Positions 1 to 9,197 of a stretch of 64,000 bases of DNA are shown one piece after another. The notes beneath the pieces were generated by a model. The model was not told the DNA's origin. It saw only the letters and a list, made by a program, of their open reading frames with translations, and made no database searches. The stretch is from positions 32,001-96,000 of the forward strand of contig JBBQRQ010000001.1 in NCBI GenBank assembly GCA_038214755.1, read 5' to 3'. The stretch comes from Verrucomicrobiota bacterium. GTDB taxonomy: Bacteria; Verrucomicrobiota; Verrucomicrobiia; Limisphaerales; CANJXF01. A program made the position numbers and the translations under genes. Numbering within the stretch: the first letter of the stretch is position 1; the number at the start of each line of letters is the position of its first letter.

Positions 1-491
1 TAAAACGCGGATGAACGCGGTTTGTCCGGCTGGTAGAGTTTTCATGTTTAACGTTTAACCGAAGGGAACAAGCAGTGCGATTCAATTAATTTACTACTGG
101 AATTCTCCCATGAACACGTCGGTCGCCGAGGGGAAACTGTCCGCGCATTAATGAAAGATTTCATGGATGAGAAGTATGTAACATCCCTCCCGGTTTTTTT
201 CCAACTATTTTCCTCCGCGCGAGGTAATCCTGGGTTGATTCATATTAGGTGAGGCTGGTTTGGGTTTCCTTTTGACGGCGGCGGCGTGACGCCGCTTTTC
301 CTGCACGTTACGCGATGGAGAAAGTGCATCAAATGAACCTTCCTGGCTTTTCCACCGTGCAGCCAAAGTGGGGACGTGTTCCCCAGTCCAAAACAAGATC
401 GGTTCCCGTCTCCACAGTTTTTAATCACGCTCGGTAATCCGGCGGGATTCGCGATTGGCAATCCCAACTCAATCGCTCTAGCTTTGGAACG

Positions 492-1343
492 ATGGCGCTG
501 CAAAAATTGACTTTAGGACATTCGCCCGACCCCGACGATGCGTTCATGTTTTATGGTCTGGCGAAGAATTTAATTCCTACCCACGGTTTTTCTTTCGAAC
601 ATATTTTGCAGGACATTCAAACTCTCAACGAACGCGCCACTCGCGGCGAACTGGATATTTCCGCGATCAGCATTCACGCCTACGCCTACGTCAGCGGCCA
701 GTATGCGCTGCTGCCGAGCGGCGCGAGCATGGGCGATGGCTATGGCCCAATGCTGGTCGCGAAAAATAAATTTACCCGCGAAGAAATCGCGAAAAAGAAA
801 ATCGCCATTCCTGGAAAAATGACGAGCGCGTTTCTGGCGATGCAACTTTGGCTGGAAAAATCCGCTGACCAAAAAAATTTAATTGTCGTTCCGTTCGATC
901 AGATTTTTTCCGTCGTGCGTTCGGGCATGGCCGATGCCGGACTCATTATTCACGAAGGACAATTGACTTATCAAAATGAAGGTTTGGTGGTTTGCCAGGA
1001 CCTCGGAAAATGGTGGGGGGAAGAAAATGACGGATTGCCATTGCCGCTCGGCGGGAATGTGATTCACAAACGCTTTGAGGAAAAAACGCGCAAAATCATT
1101 TCCGACATTTTGACGGCGAGCATTCAATTCGGTCTCGATCATCGCGCTGATGCCGTGCAACACGCGTTGCAATTTGCCCGCGACATGGGACGCGACCTCG
1201 CGGACAAATTCGTCGGGATGTATGTCAATCATTGGACACTCGACTACGGAGAGCGTGGCAGAAAATCTATACGCCTGTTCCTCGACAAAGCTTACGAGCA
1301 AGGATTGATTCCGCACCGCCAGGAATTGGAATTTGTCGTCTGA
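492..1343 (+). CDS. mqnD: 1,4-dihydroxy-6-naphthoate synthase (futalosine menaquinone pathway)
   Basis: N-terminal GHSPDPDDAFMFY, DIQTLN, GLIIHEG, LPLPLGG and GMYVN motifs typical of MqnD. Confidence 0.9.
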   Translation: MALQKLTLGHSPDPDDAFMFYGLAKNLIPTHGFSFEHILQDIQTLNERATRGELDISAISIHAYAYVSGQYALLPSGASMGDGYGPMLVAKNKFTREEIAKKKIAIPGKMTSAFLAMQLWLEKSADQKNLIVVPFDQIFSVVRSGMADAGLIIHEGQLTYQNEGLVVCQDLGKWWGEENDGLPLPLGGNVIHKRFEEKTRKIISDILTASIQFGLDHRADAVQHALQFARDMGRDLADKFVGMYVNHWTLDYGERGRKSIRLFLDKAYEQGLIPHRQELEFVV

Positions 1344-1388
1344 GGAAAAATAAATCTCTTCGTTTTAAACCCGGATTTGCGTTGGAGC

Positions 1389-1499
1389 CGTAGCGCAGCT
1401 TTGCAAGCTGCTGTATCGCCGGTTTGCAACCGGCAGGGCGCTGGCGAAACCCAGCAGGTTGCAAACCTGCGATACGGCAGGTTAAAAACCTGCGCTACG
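1389..1499. repeat. REP-like palindromic element, family E (CGTAGCGCAG...CTGCGCTACG with internal hairpins)
   Basis: Inverted ends; near-identical copies at 32141-32258 and 49947-50063; its CTA at 1495-1497 is the stop of the convergent TPR gene. Confidence 0.9.
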
Positions 1500-2706
1500 A
1501 CTTTTTCAAACCCAAATCTTTTTCGTAAGCGCCAAGTTTTACATCGGAAGTGATTTCATTTCGCTTGGCTTGGAGGCGCAGGTATTCCGTTCGCAGATTC
1601 GCTTGGTCGGCGTAGGCCGCGTTTGGGAAAAGATCGGGAATGCGCTGAATCGTTGCTCGCGCGGCGGAAACATCGTTGCCAATTTTAATCTGCAAATCAG
1701 CGAGCAAATTCAACCAGCGCACCACTTGTTTGGCCGGATGGTTTGGCTGTGAAACCAATTGCTCAATTTCATCGGCGGCCAGATCGAGCCGTTGATAATC
1801 ATTCGCGTAAATCAGCGCCAAGGTTTCGCGCGCTTCGGTATCGAGCGGATGTTGCTCCAATTTCTTAAGGCACTCTGCGGCGCGGGTGGCTGCATCCGCC
1901 AGCAAAGGGGCCGCGCTCGGGGATGGGTTTTGCAAACTCGCGTATGGATCAAAATGCTTTAACGCCATTCTTGGTCGCTCGTGAGTGGCGAGCAGTGAGT
2001 CCACCGAGCCGAGATGCGCAATGCGTTGCGACGCCATTTGCGAATATGACGAATCGGGAAAGCGCTCGATAATTTTTTCCAAAGTCGCGCGCGCAGACTC
2101 GGGGTCTTGCGCCAGTTTCATGTGCCAGTCGGCCAGCGCGTGGAGCGCGCCGGAGATTTGCGCGGGACTGTGTCCGGGTTGATCGACAATTTTCTGGATG
2201 ATGATTCCGGCGCTTTGCAAGTCCTGCAAATGTTCGGCGTTGATCTCCGCCAGCAACATCTGGCCGTGAAAATCGTTGGGAAATTTTTCCAATTCTTTGC
2301 GAACCTCGTCGATAGCTTCGCGGAATTGATTTCGTTGGCGAAGTTTCTCGGCCCTGGAATAAAACGGACGCGCTTCCACCTCTTGCTTGCCGCCATCGAA
2401 AATCCCAACAAAAGGATTTGTGATCATCTCGGCGATGCTGCGGCGCCAAAGAATTGCCAGCACTATCCCACAGACCGCCGCCAGAGGAACTCCGCCAAAG
2501 GCCGCTCCGTAACCGCCTTGCGCCACCATGGGAAACACCACGCGCAACATGAAAAATACGACGCCGATGGTGAGTATCCATTTGACGATCAATTTCAGCG
2601 GATCGCCGCTATCTTTGAAGGCGCGGTAGAAAGTCCAACCGATTCCAAACAGAACCAAGGCTAGAACAATCAGGTCGAACACCAGTCTCCAACCGGTCGG
2701 GTGCAT
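1495..2706 (-). CDS. Membrane-anchored tetratricopeptide-repeat protein
   Basis: Three N-terminal hydrophobic helices, then helical repeats (LEKIIERFPDS, IQRIPDLFPNA). Confidence 0.75.
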   Translation of the reverse strand: MHPTGWRLVFDLIVLALVLFGIGWTFYRAFKDSGDPLKLIVKWILTIGVVFFMLRVVFPMVAQGGYGAAFGGVPLAAVCGIVLAILWRRSIAEMITNPFVGIFDGGKQEVEARPFYSRAEKLRQRNQFREAIDEVRKELEKFPNDFHGQMLLAEINAEHLQDLQSAGIIIQKIVDQPGHSPAQISGALHALADWHMKLAQDPESARATLEKIIERFPDSSYSQMASQRIAHLGSVDSLLATHERPRMALKHFDPYASLQNPSPSAAPLLADAATRAAECLKKLEQHPLDTEARETLALIYANDYQRLDLAADEIEQLVSQPNHPAKQVVRWLNLLADLQIKIGNDVSAARATIQRIPDLFPNAAYADQANLRTEYLRLQAKRNEITSDVKLGAYEKDLGLKKS

Positions 2707-2758
2707 AAGCCAATTTCAACACTTGACCGCTTTATTTCAAAGATTTAATTTCCGCGCC

Positions 2759-2839
2759 ATGAATTTAATCGCGCTGCAAATTGTCGTTGTCCGGAGCGTC
2801 GTCGTAGGAGACGACGCCGCTGGGTCTTGTCGCGCGTAA
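2759..2839 (+). CDS. Branched-chain amino acid leader peptide MNLIALQIVVVRSVVVGDDAAGSCRA
   Basis: 26 codons with 6 Val, 2 Ile, 2 Leu, directly upstream of a terminator and ilvB. Confidence 0.85.
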   Translation: MNLIALQIVVVRSVVVGDDAAGSCRA

Positions 2840-2852
2840 GGCAACTTTCGAC

Positions 2853-2887
2853 AAAAACCCACGGCTGGAAACGGTCGTGGGTTTTTT
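2853..2887 (+). terminator. Attenuator terminator of the ilvB leader
   Basis: CCCACGGCTG-GAAA-CGGTCGTGGG stem-loop then TTTTTT; TGGGTCTTGTCG (2821-2832) can pair with CGACAAAAACCCA as antiterminator. Confidence 0.85.
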
Positions 2888-2935
2888 ATTAACCTCAACT
2901 GCCGGCGTTCACCAGAGACGCCGCTACAAAAAAGT

Positions 2936-4789
2936 ATGAGCACCATAACGAAATCGAAAAAGAAAAGTGAACGCGCCGAAATCGGTCAGACGATGAAAGG
3001 TTGCGACATTCTCGTCGAGGCGTTGGAACGCGAAGGTGTGGAAACGATCTTTGCCTATCCCGGCGGCGCGAGCATGGAACTTCATCAATCGCTCACGCGC
3101 TCGAAAATTCGCACCATTCTCCCGCGCCACGAACAGGGCGGTTCGTTCGCAGCGGAAGGTTACGCGCGCGCCAGTGGCAAAGCAGGCGTCTGCATGGCGA
3201 CGAGCGGGCCGGGCGCGACGAATTTAATCAGCGCGATCGCCGATGCTTACATGGATTCCATTCCGCTGGTTTCGATCACCGGCCAGGTTCCGCAAGCGAT
3301 GATTGGCAAAGGCGCATTTCAGGAAACGGATTTTTTTGGAATGACTCTCCCGATTGTCAAACACAGCTATCTCATCACGAACATCGCGGACATTCCGCGC
3401 ATCGTGAAGGAAGCGTTTTATATCGCGGCCACAGGACGACCCGGCCCGGTGATTATTGATTTTCCGAAAAATATTCAGCAACAGAAAGCGCAGCCGATCT
3501 GGCCGAAGGAAATTAATTTGCGCGGCTACAATCCCAATAAACGCGCGGATGATTTGGTGTTGAACGAAATCATCGGCTTGATCGAAAAAGCGGAGCGGCC
3601 AGTTCTTTATTGCGGCGGCGGAGTCATCAGCGGCAACGCGAGCGAGGAGCTTCGCCAATTCGCGGAGGCCACGCAGATTCCGGTGACGACGACCATCATG
3701 GGTTGCGGCGCATTTCCCGAAACGCATCCTCTTTCGTTGCGCTGGCTCGGCATGCACGGAACGGCTTACGCGAACTGGGCGGTGAGCGGTGAATTCGGGG
3801 CGCGCAAAACGCCCGATGAAATTCCTGCGAAAATCAAAGAAGGCGCGGATTTGCTTCTAGCATTCGGCGTTCGCTTCGATGACCGCGTGACGGGCAAAGT
3901 GGAAAAATTTTGCGAGACCGGAACGATCGTTCATCTCGACATCGATCAATCCGAGCACAACAAAAATCGCAAAGTGCAATTGCCGATTGAGAGCGACATC
4001 AAATATGCGCTCACTCGTTTGAACGGCATGATCAAACAGCGCCCGATTCGGAAAAAGTTTTCCGCGTGGCACAAACAAATTGCCGAATGGAAAAGCAAAG
4101 GGCCGCTACGCTACGGCGTGACCGAAGAAGTGATTCGCTCCGAGCACATGCGCGATCATCTTCACGGCAAGGAGAGCGAAGTGATTTTGCCGCAATACGC
4201 GATCGAGTTGCTCTACGAATTGACCAAAGGCGATGCGATCATCACGACCGGCGTCGGCCAGCATCAGATGTGGGCAGGGCAATGGTACAAATATAAATTC
4301 CCACGCCAATTTCTGACGAGCGCTGGACTGGGCGCGATGGGTTACGGCTATCCGGCCGCGCTCGGGGCGAAAGTGGCGTGCCCCGACAAGCAAGTGATTG
4401 ACATCGACGGCGACGGTTCCTTCGTGATGAACGTGCAGGAGCTTGCGACAGCGCACATCGAGAAAATCGCCGCGAAAGCCATGATTCTAAACAACCAGCA
4501 CCTCGGCATGGTCGTGCAATGGGAAGACAATTTTTACGCAGGCAATCGCGGCCACACTTATTTGGGCGATCCGGAAAATCGGCAAAAAATTTATCCGGAC
4601 TACGTGATGATGGCGAAAAGTTTCAACGTTCCTGCTGAGCGTGTGATGTTCAAAAAAGATCTACGCGCGGCGCTGCAACGAATGCTGGATTCCGATCAAC
4701 CTTATTTGCTCGATGTCATCACGCCTTATACCGAACACGTGTTGCCATTTATCAAAGCGGGCGGGACGGTCGCCGACATGATTTATTAG
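2936..4789 (+). CDS. ilvB: Acetolactate synthase large subunit
   Basis: [18 protein letters not shown], ThDP-binding GDGSF...NN motifs. Confidence 0.95.
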   Translation: MSTITKSKKKSERAEIGQTMKGCDILVEALEREGVETIFAYPGGASMELHQSLTRSKIRTILPRHEQGGSFAAEGYARASGKAGVCMATSGPGATNLISAIADAYMDSIPLVSITGQVPQAMIGKGAFQETDFFGMTLPIVKHSYLITNIADIPRIVKEAFYIAATGRPGPVIIDFPKNIQQQKAQPIWPKEINLRGYNPNKRADDLVLNEIIGLIEKAERPVLYCGGGVISGNASEELRQFAEATQIPVTTTIMGCGAFPETHPLSLRWLGMHGTAYANWAVSGEFGARKTPDEIPAKIKEGADLLLAFGVRFDDRVTGKVEKFCETGTIVHLDIDQSEHNKNRKVQLPIESDIKYALTRLNGMIKQRPIRKKFSAWHKQIAEWKSKGPLRYGVTEEVIRSEHMRDHLHGKESEVILPQYAIELLYELTKGDAIITTGVGQHQMWAGQWYKYKFPRQFLTSAGLGAMGYGYPAALGAKVACPDKQVIDIDGDGSFVMNVQELATAHIEKIAAKAMILNNQHLGMVVQWEDNFYAGNRGHTYLGDPENRQKIYPDYVMMAKSFNVPAERVMFKKDLRAALQRMLDSDQPYLLDVITPYTEHVLPFIKAGGTVADMIY

Positions 4790-5076
4790 AAGAAGCGCAA
4801 GGTATTTGTTAAGGTCGGCGCAGGAACGGTTTGGATAAATTCATTCGCCCAACCCATATTGTCGGGGAAAGAAGCGCGAGAGTTTCGTGAGTTCCTGATT
4901 TGTAGAAGACTTTTGTCAGGGGACAAAACCAGGGGGAACTTCACCGCATTTTTTTTGCACTGACTACTTTCTTTGCGACCTCTGCGTTTATCTCCGGAAA
5001 CCCCGGTTGAAGAACCTCAAAGAAACTATTTCTATTTGCGCAACAAACTTCGTTCGCCTAAATTCGGCGCTCCATC

Positions 5077-5153
5077 GCGCGTGTAGCTCAATTGGATAGA
5101 GTGGCGCCCTCCGAAGGCGAAGGTTGTGGGTTCAACTCCCGCCACGCGCACCA
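5077..5153 (+). tRNA. tRNA-Arg (CCG)
   Basis: GCGCGTG/CACGCGC acceptor stem, TAGCTCAATTGGATAGAG D-arm, anticodon loop CTCCGAA, GGTTCAACTCC T-arm, encoded CCA. Confidence 0.95.
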
Positions 5154-5330
5154 CTTCGTTTATTCGGGTAATTCCACGTTTTTTTTATTTGCTCCAAACC
5201 GCCGGAAGATGTTTTGAAATTGGATGCGGATTAAGATGGGAAACGGCGGCGATCACGCGGGGATGCGCTCAGGTATTTGGTGGCGATCAATCGCAAAGAT
5301 GAAAACCGAAACCGAGCAGGGGCGCAGGCC

Positions 5331-6221
5331 TTACGGTTGGCCTGTCGCTCCCAGGAATAATTGTTTGGTGTCAGGACGAGTGAATGGATCGCGGAAGAAC
5401 TTTTCCACCGTCTGGTTGAACATCCCTGGATCCTCCCATGGGATCATGTGGGTCGCTCCCGGAAAAATGCAGAGATGCGCCTTCGGGAGCGCCTGAAATA
5501 TCTGTAAGGTGTGCTCTTCGCGAATCACGTCTTTGTCCGCCGCCATGACGAGCGTTGGCCCTGACAGACGCTTCAGTTTCTTGATCGAAATATTCGGCTG
5601 CTTGCCCAGAAGATTTAGATGCTGTTTTTGGATCGACCACGGCTGAGATTTGTCACCCTTGGCGATCATCGCGTCCACGCTTTTCTCCTGCTGCGAAACC
5701 CAGTCAAGCGCCCAATCATATGCCCCGTGCGGGTTAAGATTCGCACCCATGATGGCGAGCTTGGCCACCTTATCCGGATGGTTTATGGCCAGGAGGAGAC
5801 CCACGATTCCGCCATCGCTCCAGCCCATGACATACACCTGCTTTAAACTCAACTTGTCGAGTAAAGCATTGGCGTCTTCCGACATTTGTTCGTAGGTCAG
5901 GCGTCCTCGTCCCATCTCGCTCTGGCCGTGACCACGGCTGTCAGGCGCGATCACGCGGTAGTGTGCGGAGAAGAACTTGAGTTGATGACCCAACGAAGAG
6001 ATGCCCTGGCCGTTACCGTGGAGCAACAACATCGGCAGCCCTTCCCCGTAAGTCTCGAAATAGACCTTGATGCCGTTCACCTCTTGCCATCGTCCCGCCG
6101 ACTCGTTATGTCCATACGGAATCTCCAGCTTGGGTGCTGTGAATGACTCAGCGCGGGCCGATGGCCCCGAAAAAATGCCGAGGCTAAGCAGGGTCAGGAG
6201 GGCTGAAAGGGGATTTTTCAT
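5331..6221 (-). CDS. Exported alpha/beta hydrolase
   Basis: Signal peptide, LLHG, DSRGHG, GWSDGG nucleophile elbow, C-terminal His (GATH). Confidence 0.85.
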   Translation of the reverse strand: MKNPLSALLTLLSLGIFSGPSARAESFTAPKLEIPYGHNESAGRWQEVNGIKVYFETYGEGLPMLLLHGNGQGISSLGHQLKFFSAHYRVIAPDSRGHGQSEMGRGRLTYEQMSEDANALLDKLSLKQVYVMGWSDGGIVGLLLAINHPDKVAKLAIMGANLNPHGAYDWALDWVSQQEKSVDAMIAKGDKSQPWSIQKQHLNLLGKQPNISIKKLKRLSGPTLVMAADKDVIREEHTLQIFQALPKAHLCIFPGATHMIPWEDPGMFNQTVEKFFRDPFTRPDTKQLFLGATGQP

Positions 6222-6399
6222 CTTCAATTCGCTTTCATCTTAGGATTTCGTCGGACGTGGCAGCGACCGTTCAAGCTCGACCCGGAATCAGGTTCTGACG
6301 CCTGCCGTGTCCTACGTTTCGAGGCTGTGCTGCACGAAAATAGTTGTCGAGGATAATTCCTTGTTGAACCGCGCACCCAAAAATTTAATTGTTCTCGAT

Positions 6400-6428
6400 T
6401 GTAACCTTCCTGCCGCGACACTCGTATC
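6400..6428 (+). promoter_or_regulatory. Putative ECF sigma promoter (TGTAACC-N16-CGTATC)
   Basis: AAC/CGT bipartite ECF consensus about 50 nt upstream of the operon containing the ECF sigma. Confidence 0.55.
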
Positions 6429-6477
6429 CATCAGTGAGGGCCGTTGTTCGCACTCGTGAAATAAAATGGATTAAATT

Positions 6478-7419
6478 ATGAAATCAAAATTCCTTCGGTC
6501 AATTCTCTCCGGCGTTCTTCTCGCTACCGTTGCGGCTTCGGCTGGTTCGCTCCAGCGTAACTCCGTCCCGGCAAATTCTGTTTGGGTCTTGCACGCCGAT
6601 TGTGATGGGTTGCGCCAAACGGCGGTGGGTCGTTACCTTCTCACTGAGTTGGAAAAACCGGATGCGCAAAAAAAGTTCGCGGCCTTTCAAACCATTTTTA
6701 GTTTCGATCCGCGTCAAGCGCTTCACGGGTTGACGCTCTATGGCATTTCACAAAAACCGGAAGATGGCGTCTTGTTGGTCAATGCCGACTTCGATGCGGC
6801 ACGGCTGACAACTTTGGCTGAAGGCGCGAAAGCCCACCAATCCACCGAGCACGGCAAATACACAATTCACAGTTGGATTGATGAAAAAAAACCGGCCAGG
6901 AACGGAACGAAGCCGCGAACCTACGCCGCCATTCACGGCGCAACGGTAATTTTCGGACAGAAAGAGGAACGCGTCGCGGACGCGCTGGATGTGCTGGCTG
7001 GAATCAAGACAAGTCTCGTCGCCGGAAAAGATTTTCCGAATCTCGGCGCAGCGGGAGGGAAAAGTTTTATCCAGGGTGCGGCGCGCAAAATTGAATTGCC
7101 AGAGTCTGACCCAAATGCCGCAGTGTTGAAACAATCGAAGTCTCTCGCGCTGGACGTCGCGGAATCTGACAACCGATTTGCGGCCACGCTCAACCTGGAA
7201 GCCGACAGCGAAGACGTGGCCAAACAAGTTTCTTCCATCGCCAACGGACTCATTGGTTTGATGACGTTGAAAAAAGATAAACCGGATTCGGTCAAACTCG
7301 CGCAAGGTTTGTCCGTCGAGCAGAACGGTGTGGGTGTCACCGTGAAATTGAATATGGTCGCCGACGAAGTCATTGCGCTTTTGAAAAACGCCGCAGCGCA
7401 AAAAGTGAAAAAAGAGTGA
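6478..7419 (+). CDS. Exported hypothetical protein, first gene of ECF operon
   Basis: 313 aa ORF with signal peptide, co-oriented with sigma and anti-sigma. Confidence 0.75.
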   Translation: MKSKFLRSILSGVLLATVAASAGSLQRNSVPANSVWVLHADCDGLRQTAVGRYLLTELEKPDAQKKFAAFQTIFSFDPRQALHGLTLYGISQKPEDGVLLVNADFDAARLTTLAEGAKAHQSTEHGKYTIHSWIDEKKPARNGTKPRTYAAIHGATVIFGQKEERVADALDVLAGIKTSLVAGKDFPNLGAAGGKSFIQGAARKIELPESDPNAAVLKQSKSLALDVAESDNRFAATLNLEADSEDVAKQVSSIANGLIGLMTLKKDKPDSVKLAQGLSVEQNGVGVTVKLNMVADEVIALLKNAAAQKVKKE

Positions 7420-7422
7420 CAT

Positions 7423-7495
7423 CGTAGCCGCCGACGTGAGGAGGCGGATTCTGGCTGGTAAACTACGACTCCGCCTCCTCGCGTCGGCGGCTACG
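7423..7495. repeat. REP-like doublet, family A (CGTAGCCGCCGACGTGAGGAGGCGGA...TCCGCCTCCTCRCGTCGGCGGCTACG)
   Basis: About 26-bp inverted arms; copies at 32623, 42376, 56871, 59187, variant at 62876. Confidence 0.92.
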
Positions 7496-7507
7496 GGTGA
7501 TCGATTT

Positions 7508-8104
7508 ATGATCCCAATTTCAGACGAAACACTGGCTCAACAAGCGCAGGCTGGAGACATGACGGCGTTTGAGGAATTGGTTTTTCGTTACGAAACGCGC
7601 GTCTATCGCTTTCTCGCGAATTCTTGCCGCAACCAAACCGATGCCTCCGATTTGTGTCAGGAAACTTTCGTCGCCGCGTTTCGCAATCTGAAAAAATTCG
7701 ACTCGACGAAATCTTTTTGCACCTGGCTTTTCACCATCGCTCGACGAAAGAGCATCGATCATCACCGCAGCCATCGACCTCAGCGCGGAGAAGCGCTGCC
7801 CGAAATCGCGGACACGAATGATCCGGCGAGTTTGTTCGCGCGCCAGCAAAGGGAAAAAGACCTTTGGAAATTGGCGCGCGGAATTTTACCCGGGAATCAA
7901 TTCCAAGCGCTCTGGTTGAAATACGCGGAGGATATGACCGTCCAGGAAATCGCGCGCGTCATGCAAAAGACGCTGACGCATATCAAAGTGCTGTTGTTTC
8001 GCGCGAGAAAGTCGCTTGCTCGCGAAATTGAAATGCGGGAGGCCGACGGGGCCATTGTCAAAACCGAAAAACATTTTTTGAGCCGTCAAAGTTTTCAAAC
8101 GTGA
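7508..8104 (+). CDS. ECF RNA polymerase sigma factor
   Basis: GDMTAFEELV, DLCQETF, F.TWLFTIARR region 2, EIA...IKVLLFRAR region 4. Confidence 0.92.
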   Translation: MIPISDETLAQQAQAGDMTAFEELVFRYETRVYRFLANSCRNQTDASDLCQETFVAAFRNLKKFDSTKSFCTWLFTIARRKSIDHHRSHRPQRGEALPEIADTNDPASLFARQQREKDLWKLARGILPGNQFQALWLKYAEDMTVQEIARVMQKTLTHIKVLLFRARKSLAREIEMREADGAIVKTEKHFLSRQSFQT

Positions 8105-8126
8105 TTTAATTCTGTGAAAATAATTT

Positions 8127-8627
8127 ATGAACTCATGGCTGCAAAAATATAAAATCTCCGCCGCTTTGGATGAAGAAAAAAAAGTTTTGGAGCGCCAACC
8201 AAAATGGCGCGACAACGAAATGCAACAATTTGAAAAAAGGTTGCGCGCCCTGGATGATCAATTGAAGTCAACGGTCCCGCGTCACGCCATGCCCGAAATG
8301 TTGCACACGGAAATCATGCGAGGAGTTCGGGCGACGGCGGAATCCAAAGCTCGCCGACCGGTTTGGCTTTGGGTGCCGGTCCCAGCGATGGCTTTGTTCG
8401 TGTTGGTTGGCCTATGGTGGTTCGCTCAGCGCCACGATGCTGTTCCATTGGCCGTGACGGAGGAAAGGACAACTTCTTTTTCCGAAGTCACCGTCACGTT
8501 GGATGTCAGCCGTCAAATTGCTCAGGTCGCGCCCGCTGCTGCGCTTGCCCCGTTGTCCCAGGAAATGGATTTTTTGCGCGATGATTTCGAGAAGACAGCG
8601 GCGTTTCTACTGGCGAGCCTTCCCTGA
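8127..8627 (+). CDS. Putative transmembrane anti-sigma factor
   Basis: Follows ECF sigma; ISAALD N-terminus and single TM helix. Confidence 0.7.
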   Translation: MNSWLQKYKISAALDEEKKVLERQPKWRDNEMQQFEKRLRALDDQLKSTVPRHAMPEMLHTEIMRGVRATAESKARRPVWLWVPVPAMALFVLVGLWWFAQRHDAVPLAVTEERTTSFSEVTVTLDVSRQIAQVAPAAALAPLSQEMDFLRDDFEKTAAFLLASLP

Positions 8628-8682
8628 TTTGTTGGATAACTTTTATGAAAGTTTCTTTTCGACAGATGTTTTCTGTCTGAAA

Positions 8683-8962
8683 ATGAAAAGTTGTGCTTAC
8701 TGCGGGCGAGAGAACAGCGACGAGACTCTGAATTGTGTCGATTGGCGTCACTCGAATTCATAGGAAAGAAGATGGCGGCACGGGCGGCCACGACGTGGTG
8801 CAACCTTCATCCTGGTTGCTGGCCTATTGGATGGGCCGTTACCACGGATTCATAGAAGCGCCGCAAGTCATCGCGCCTTCGCTGCTCTCGGTCGAACGTA
8901 TTTCTGTTCACGCGTCGGGAGCAAAACCTTATTCGGAGCCACCGCGACCGAGCAGATTCTGA
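8683..8962 (+). pseudogene. Gene remnants: zinc-ribbon N-terminus (MKSCAYCGREN...C) followed by an unrelated C-terminus (WLLAYWMGRYHGFI)
   Basis: Two short protein-like fragments in different frames, neither complete. Confidence 0.5.
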
Positions 8963-8992
8963 AACGCGGTCACGTTAGACCAATAAACGTGC

Positions 8993-9022
8993 GGGTAGCA
9001 TCTGCCTCCGGCGGGTGCGAAA
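8993..9022. repeat. Single arm of REP family B (GGGTAGCATCTGCCTCCGGCGGGTGCGAAA)
   Basis: Same sequence at 20976-21004 and 47545-47573 (reverse), and as doublets at 35587-35751 and 56911-57065. Confidence 0.88.
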
Positions 9023-9029
9023 TAATTTC

Positions 9030-9113
9030 GGATGTTCAGTGTTGGATGTTCGATGTTCGATGTTAGTTATTTTGCAAACATCGAACATCGAACACTGAAC
9101 ATCCAACATCGAA
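9030..9113. repeat. Inverted array of heptamer repeats (GATGTTC)n...(GAACATC)n
   Basis: Direct heptamer runs in opposite orientation around a short spacer. Confidence 0.85.
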
Positions 9114-9197
9114 TGAAAAAAATTCTCATCGCGTGAGAGTTGTTATCCGTTTGCCGTTGCGCGACACCTTTCTCAACTTCATGACGTCTCTTGCTCC

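Noticed and set aside
1..45. Start of a minus-strand gene at the window edge (MKTLPAGQ...)
   Set aside because: Only 15 codons visible; cannot be supported
60..490. Riboswitch or small genes upstream of mqnD
   Set aside because: No recognisable RNA motif; ORFs 205-396 and 240-503 lack protein-like features
4790..5076. ilvN or ncRNA after ilvB
   Set aside because: No ORF of suitable size and no convincing structure
5077..6300. tRNA-anchored integrative element
   Set aside because: The hydrolase looks foreign, but no integrase or repeat of the tRNA 3' end was found
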